Below the pieces are notes generated by a model. The model saw nothing but the letters and a program-made list of their open reading frames with translations, ran no database searches and had not been told where the DNA came from. Below are positions 58,914 through 64,000 of a stretch of 64,000 nt of DNA, one piece after another. Both the position numbers and the translations under genes were made by a program. Origin of the DNA: an uncultured Bacillales bacterium (GTDB taxonomy: Bacteria; Bacillota_I; Bacilli_A; RFN20; CAG-826); contig CALBHT010000086.1 of NCBI GenBank assembly GCA_937892755.1, positions 11 to 64,010 on the forward strand. Reading direction: 5' to 3'. Numbering within the stretch: position 1 is the first letter of the stretch; each line of letters starts with the position of its first letter.

Positions 58914-60689
58914 TTACCAATCTTGGCTGATGCCGGAATCGTCTCCGGCCTCCCCACCGTTATTCACGTTGTGATGATTTATCGTGATGGAGAGATCAAC
59001 TTCTTCCGTGATGGTGATAGGAGAAACGTCCTCGCCGCCGAATGTAACCCCTAAGCCAATGACGGTATCGGCATTGACATCAATCGCGACTAAGAAACTC
59101 GTTACGTATTCATGAACACCAAGTATGTATAAAAGCGAAGCAATACTGCTATTCTCGCCAAAAGCGGATGCCTCGGCAGTGAATAAGTCGACGGCCATCG
59201 TCTCATTCGTAGAAGTCGACGTGAAGGCGAGAGCGGGATCAGACAAGATACTCTCCCAAGAGAAAGCTTGATTCATTTCCGCGATTGTGACGTCACTAGA
59301 CGCTTCATCGCGATATAGCCATTCTTCTTCCTCTTCTTGATAAAACACTTCGTGAGGTTGATCTTCTACAACGTAATAGCCAAATTTTCCATTTGCCGAT
59401 ACTATTGCTTTGTCTTTGATGAATTCCATTTGGTGGAGTTCTTGCTTGTCTTCTTTCGCCGGGTTCCCCGTCGCTGAAGTAATAACGTAATTTCCATCGC
59501 CATCTTTCGTTGCGTTCACGACGCCGAAATCAAAATCACCAGCATTGCCATAAAGCCGCAATTGTGCTAGATAAATGCCAGCATTAAGTTCTTGAGTGGT
59601 AAAGAAATCGTTGCTCGTCGCCGTATATCTCAAAGCGTTTTCGTCGGAATTACTTCTTGAGTCATTTTCGGGATATGGAATTTTAATGTTTGTGAAAGTC
59701 CCATCGTCGGAAATAGATGCAAGGGAAGCAATCCCAGTATCAATTTCTTTTCCTGCGGCATTAAGACCGCCATGGGAGAAAAGATAATAAGTGCCGCTTT
59801 CTTTGACAATAAATTTGACATAGCAGGTTCTATCCGACCCATCAATTACTTCAGTTTCTAATAAACGCATCGTAGGAACGTTCACCGAGGTACCGTCGTA
59901 ATCAACTTCAATCGAAGAATTGGTTTTGAAATCGTATGGATCGCTCGTGCTATGCCCACCATGCGTAACATCGATTTGATACTTGCGCGTCACTTCCGCT
60001 TTATAAGAAACTGGAAGTCCACTATTCGCGGCATTGATAATTGGATCGCCGACAGTGATTAACACGGAATCGGATTTCGTGCCGTTTTTCGCTGTAATTG
60101 TGGCGGTTCCTTTTTGGAGTCCTTTAACTAAACCATTATTATCAACGGAAACGATTTCCGGATTATCCGATTCCCAAGCAATTGTTTTATCCGTCGTGTT
60201 ATTTGGAGAAACGGTCGCGGTAAGCTGTTTCTCGCGGCGAAGTGGCAATACGCCGATATTCTCTTTATCGACGATTGTAATACCTTCACTAGCGACAACA
60301 TTAACGGTTAATTCATATGCAGCGCTCACTTCTCCAAGAGCGGCTTTAATCGTCGCCTCCCCCGCTTGCAATGCGTTCACGGTGCCACCAGCTACGGTCG
60401 CAACAGTCTCATTGCTGCTTGTCCAAGCGATTTGATTAGCGTCGCCATTGGTAACGGTAGCAGTCAAAATAAATGTATCGCCAACATAAGCGGTTCCGCT
60501 ACTGTTCCCGGAAGCGTCTTTTAAGACAATCGTCACAACAGGCGCTGGCTCTTCGCTACTCGAGGACTCCTTTTGGGATTGTTCTTGGCTAACGGATTGA
60601 GATTCAGATGAATTCCCAGCGCCATTTGAGCATCCCGCAAGAATCATCGAGAGAGCTAACGGAACGAATAGTAATCTTTTTTTCTTCAT
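58914..60689 (-). CDS. Surface lipoprotein with Big_2 Ig-like domains.
   Basis: Start MKKKRLLFVPLALSMILAGCSNG with AAGGAG 8 nt upstream. The track ORF starts at an upstream codon. Big_2 motifs IAWTSSNETVATVAGGTVNALQAGEATI and IAWESDNPEIVSVDNNGLVKGLQKGTATI. Confidence 0.7.
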   Translation of the reverse strand: MKKKRLLFVPLALSMILAGCSNGAGNSSESQSVSQEQSQKESSSSEEPAPVVTIVLKDASGNSSGTAYVGDTFILTATVTNGDANQIAWTSSNETVATVAGGTVNALQAGEATIKAALGEVSAAYELTVNVVASEGITIVDKENIGVLPLRREKQLTATVSPNNTTDKTIAWESDNPEIVSVDNNGLVKGLQKGTATITAKNGTKSDSVLITVGDPIINAANSGLPVSYKAEVTRKYQIDVTHGGHSTSDPYDFKTNSSIEVDYDGTSVNVPTMRLLETEVIDGSDRTCYVKFIVKESGTYYLFSHGGLNAAGKEIDTGIASLASISDDGTFTNIKIPYPENDSRSNSDENALRYTATSNDFFTTQELNAGIYLAQLRLYGNAGDFDFGVVNATKDGDGNYVITSATGNPAKEDKQELHQMEFIKDKAIVSANGKFGYYVVEDQPHEVFYQEEEEEWLYRDEASSDVTIAEMNQAFSWESILSDPALAFTSTSTNETMAVDLFTAEASAFGENSSIASLLYILGVHEYVTSFLVAIDVNADTVIGLGVTFGGEDVSPITITEEVDLSITINHHNVNNGGEAGDDSGISQDW

Positions 60690-61040
60690 TAATTTGTCTC
60701 TCCTTTGCGTGGAATGGGAACATTTTTCCACGGTGTTTACAATCGTCAATAATTATTTTTAGTTTTTATCGATTATTTTTTGCTGACGTTTACATTTGCT
60801 TGCCATTTGTAAAAATGAAAGCAGTTTCGTTACATTCATTTTTAAAAAAGTCGCGATGAATGATGAGCTATCGGAGGGGCTTCTCTTTACTCTATATAAA
60901 AAAGGAAAACACAAAGATAATAAGAAATGACGTTTTCATTAAACAAATTGCTATCAATAATTCAATGACTCACGCTCATTAAGCATTATTAAATTATCAT
61001 TTCATAAAAAAGGATTGATTTTTTGATCAGCTTTAAAAGC

Positions 61041-61066
61041 AAAAAAGCACCCCTTTCGAGGTGCTC
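61041..61066 (-). terminator. Rho-independent terminator of tuf.
   Basis: The minus-sense sequence agcacctcgaaaggggtgct is followed by a T6 run. Confidence 0.7.
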
Positions 61067-61090
61067 GTTGTTTCATTAGATCGAATCTAA

Positions 61091-62308
61091 TTAGTGGAGA
61101 ATCTCAGCGACAGTTCCGGCGCCGACGGTCTTACCACCTTCGCGGATGGAGAACTTGGTTCCCTTTTCAAGAGCGATTGGGTGGATGAGCTCGACGGTGA
61201 AGGTAACATGGTCACCAGGCATAACCATATCGGTTCCGGCAGGAAGAGTGATCGAACCGGTGATATCGGTGGTGCGGAAGAAGAATTGTGGACGATAGCC
61301 GTTTAAGAAAGCGGTGTGACGGCCACCCTCTTCTTTGGTGAGGATGTAAACAGTCGCGGTGAATTTATCGTGTGGGACGATGGATCCTGGCTTAGCAAGG
61401 ACTTGGCCACGCTCGACTTGGTCATGGGTGATACCACGGAGAAGGACACCGACGTTGTCTCCACCTTCCGCGAAATCAAGGGTCTTACGGAACATTTCAA
61501 GACCAGTGATAACGGTCTTTTGCGTCGGACGGATACCGACGATTTCGGCTTCGTCGTTGAGGTGAGCAACACCACGTTCGACTCTACCAGTGACGACAGT
61601 GCCACGGCCAGAGATGGTAAGGACGTCTTCGATTGGGAGAAGGAATGGCTTATCATCGTCACGGACTGGGTCTGGGACATAGGTATCTAACGCATTGAGA
61701 AGCTCAAGGATGGACTTGACGTTCGGATCGTTGAGATCTTTCGCTTCGCCAGCGAGCTTCGCGCTGCCACGGACGATTGGGGTGTCATCGCCTGGGAATC
61801 CGTATTTGTTAAGAAGGTCACGGACATCCATTTCGACGATGTCGATGAGTTCTGGGTCATCGACCATATCGCATTTATTGAGATAAACGATGATGTAAGG
61901 AACGCCGACTTGACGAGCAAGAAGGACGTGCTCACGGGTTTGTGGCATAACGCCATCAGCGGCACTAACAACAAGGATAGCGGCATCCATTTGGGCGGCG
62001 CCGGTAATCATGTTCTTGACGTAGTCAGCGTGCCCTGGGCAGTCGACGTGCGCATAGTGACGTTTCGCGGTTTCGTATTCCTCGTGCGCGGTATTGATTG
62101 TGATACCACGAGCTTTTTCTTCTGGGCTGCTATCGATTTGGGAATAAGCCATATCGACGGCGTTTCCGTCTTTTCCGCCAGTGGCTTTGCCAACCATGGA
62201 AAGGACGTGGGTGATAGCGGCGGTAAGAGTGGTCTTACCGTGGTCGACGTGACCGATGGTGCCAACGTTAAGATGGACACGATCACGGTTGAATTTTTCT
62301 TTTGCCAT
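61091..62308 (-). CDS. tuf: Elongation factor Tu.
   Basis: [18 protein letters not shown] and NKCD GTP-binding motifs along the full length. Confidence 0.97.
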   Translation of the reverse strand: MAKEKFNRDRVHLNVGTIGHVDHGKTTLTAAITHVLSMVGKATGGKDGNAVDMAYSQIDSSPEEKARGITINTAHEEYETAKRHYAHVDCPGHADYVKNMITGAAQMDAAILVVSAADGVMPQTREHVLLARQVGVPYIIVYLNKCDMVDDPELIDIVEMDVRDLLNKYGFPGDDTPIVRGSAKLAGEAKDLNDPNVKSILELLNALDTYVPDPVRDDDKPFLLPIEDVLTISGRGTVVTGRVERGVAHLNDEAEIVGIRPTQKTVITGLEMFRKTLDFAEGGDNVGVLLRGITHDQVERGQVLAKPGSIVPHDKFTATVYILTKEEGGRHTAFLNGYRPQFFFRTTDITGSITLPAGTDMVMPGDHVTFTVELIHPIALEKGTKFSIREGGKTVGAGTVAEILH

Positions 62309-62432
62309 TGTGTTTTTTCCTCCAAAAATGGTTTTCTAACGACACGCTAGATAATATTAGAGCAATGAACTTCGTTTGACAATCATTTACGTAGTAAGGG
62401 AGAAATCTCCCCCACTACGATATTGATTATGT

Positions 62433-64000
62433 TTAGCGGAGATTCATCGCGCTCTTCTTGACGATCTCGTCTTGGACGAAGCGTGGGCACTGTCCATAAT
62501 GATCGAAGGTCATCGTGAAGTTTCCTCTGCCCTGCGTGAGGGAGCGGAGGTCAGTGACGTAACCAAACATCTCGGCAAGCGGAACTTCGCAAGTGACGAC
62601 TTTCGCGTTGCCACGAACCGTCTCATTGGTCAAGGTTCCACGTCTACGGCTGATATCGCCTAGAACGTCACCATAATATTGTTCTGGAACAGTAACATCC
62701 ACTTTCATGATTGGTTCGAGGATGACTGGTCCGCACTTATTCGCGGCCTCTTTAAGTGCCATAGAAGCAGCAATCTTATAAGCGGCTTCGGAGCTATCGA
62801 CTTCGTGGTAGCTTCCGTCGAACAAGGTTGCTTTGATATCGATGGCAGGGAAGCCAGCGATTAAGCCACGATTAAGGGCATCGACCAAACCTTGTTGCGT
62901 TGGTTTGATAAATTCCTTTGGAACCGCACCGCCGACAATCGCGTCGACGAATTCGAATCCTTTGCCAGGATTTGGTTCGAAGCGAATCCAAACGTCACCA
63001 TATTGACCGTGTCCGCCGGATTGCTTGATATATCTACCTTCGGCCTCACCCGTTTTGGTGATGGTTTCGCGGTAGTTAACTTGTGGAGCGCCGACATTAA
63101 CATCGACATTGAATTCACGTCTCATACGCTCAACGAGAACATCGAGTTGAAGCTCGCCAACGCCACCAATGATGGTTTGACCAGTTTCGTTATTGGTATG
63201 AACGCGGAAGGTCGGGTCTTCTTCAGCGAGTTTTTGAAGCGCGATGGCCATCTTTTCGATGTCCGCTTTGGTCTTTGGTTCGACTGCTTCTTCAAGAACT
63301 GGCTCTGGGAATTCCATCTTCTCAAGGACAACTGGCTCACTTGGATCGGTGAGAGTATCACCTGTGGTCGTGTTCTTTAAGCCAATGACGGCACCGATTT
63401 CACCAGCGTGAAGCACGCTGACTTCTTGACGGCGGTTACTATGCATAAGGACTAAGCGCGCGATACGTTCTTGGGATCCGCGGGAAGAGTTATAAACATA
63501 GCTTCCACTCTTAAGTTCGCCTTGGTAAACGCGGACATAAGCGAGACGCCCGACGAATGGATCAGTCGCAATCTTGAAGGCAAGACCGACGAATGGGGCA
63601 TCATCTGTGACGCGGCAAACATATGGCTCACCTTTGAGTTCACCCTTTTCTCCAGGGATATCAAGTGGGGATGGGAGATAATCGATGACCGCATCGAGAA
63701 GGAGCTGAACGCCTTTGTTCTTGAAGGCGGTTCCGCAGAAGACAGGGAAGAATTTTCCTGTGATCGTGGCCTTTCTCATGACGGCCTTGATTTCTTCAAC
63801 ACTTGGTTCTTCTCCATCAAGAACCTTCATCATAAGATCATCGTCATAATTGGCGAGTTTCTCAAGAAGTTGCTGATGATAGAAATTGGCTTTGTCTTTG
63901 AGCTCATCCGGAATTGGTTTCTCAGTTGGAGCATCGTCTTTATTGCCGGTGTAATACCAGGCAACCATTCTCACAAGGTCGATTTCGCCCGTGAAGCCAG
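62433..64000 (-). CDS. fusA: Elongation factor G. Partial: the N-terminus lies beyond the window end.
   Basis: EF-G domain III-V sequence. The ORF stays open to the window edge. Canonical fusA-tuf order. Confidence 0.95.
   Translation of the reverse strand, partial: GFTGEIDLVRMVAWYYTGNKDDAPTEKPIPDELKDKANFYHQQLLEKLANYDDDLMMKVLDGEEPSVEEIKAVMRKATITGKFFPVFCGTAFKNKGVQLLLDAVIDYLPSPLDIPGEKGELKGEPYVCRVTDDAPFVGLAFKIATDPFVGRLAYVRVYQGELKSGSYVYNSSRGSQERIARLVLMHSNRRQEVSVLHAGEIGAVIGLKNTTTGDTLTDPSEPVVLEKMEFPEPVLEEAVEPKTKADIEKMAIALQKLAEEDPTFRVHTNNETGQTIIGGVGELQLDVLVERMRREFNVDVNVGAPQVNYRETITKTGEAEGRYIKQSGGHGQYGDVWIRFEPNPGKGFEFVDAIVGGAVPKEFIKPTQQGLVDALNRGLIAGFPAIDIKATLFDGSYHEVDSSEAAYKIAASMALKEAANKCGPVILEPIMKVDVTVPEQYYGDVLGDISRRRGTLTNETVRGNAKVVTCEVPLAEMFGYVTDLRSLTQGRGNFTMTFDHYGQCPRFVQDEIVKKSAMNLR

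Noticed and set aside
60677-60683. A7 homopolymer inside the signal-peptide KKK codons of the Big_2 lipoprotein, considered as a phase-variation switch.
   Set aside because: A 7-nt tract is short for efficient slippage. Lys-rich n-regions naturally produce such runs.
61091-62308. EF-Tu carries an extra ~8 aa ([19 protein letters not shown]) in the region after the P-loop, compared with the E. coli-type sequence.
   Set aside because: A lineage-specific indel at this position occurs in other bacteria, for example Thermus. It is phylogenetically useful but not a novel feature.

Overview
This window is a lipoprotein-rich accessory region with many minus-strand genes, abutting the core translation genes fusA (partial, runs off the window end) and tuf at the 3' end. 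The genetic code is standard: TGA is used as a stop at 41971 and 54584. Nearly every large ORF starts with a lipoprotein signal peptide carrying an L-x-S/T-C-G-G lipobox. Together with ABC ATPases that carry large insertions and a membrane nuclease inside a sugar-type ABC operon, this suggests a wall-less or Mollicutes-related Bacillota lineage. That lineage call is inference and cannot be verified without a database search.

The content, in order along the window:
- A collagen-like (GDK/GXY) surface lipoprotein with perfect 108-bp tandem repeats.
- A tandemly duplicated locus encoding a 28-aa hydrophobic peptide with conserved structured-RNA flanks, possibly a type I toxin-antitoxin, lying next to tRNA-Lys(CUU).
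- An operon that runs from ABC ATPase through two permeases and a solute-binding protein to an SNase-fold membrane nuclease lipoprotein, followed by a small membrane protein and an Ig-like (Big_2) lipoprotein.
- Three tandem paralogous RDD-family membrane proteins.
- An orphan family-5 solute-binding lipoprotein.
- Three paralogous HExxHxxGxxD (M6/InhA-like) zinc-metalloprotease lipoproteins that bracket a complete oppABCDF operon.
- Several large hypothetical lipoproteins that share a ~90-aa repeated domain.
- A COG1672-type AAA+ ATPase gene sitting between perfect 50-bp direct repeats.
- Two giant BspA-type leucine-rich-repeat lipoproteins with Flg_new repeats.
- tuf and fusA.

No CRISPR array, rRNA or recognisable transposase was seen. 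All domain assignments rest on reading motifs by eye; no searches were run.
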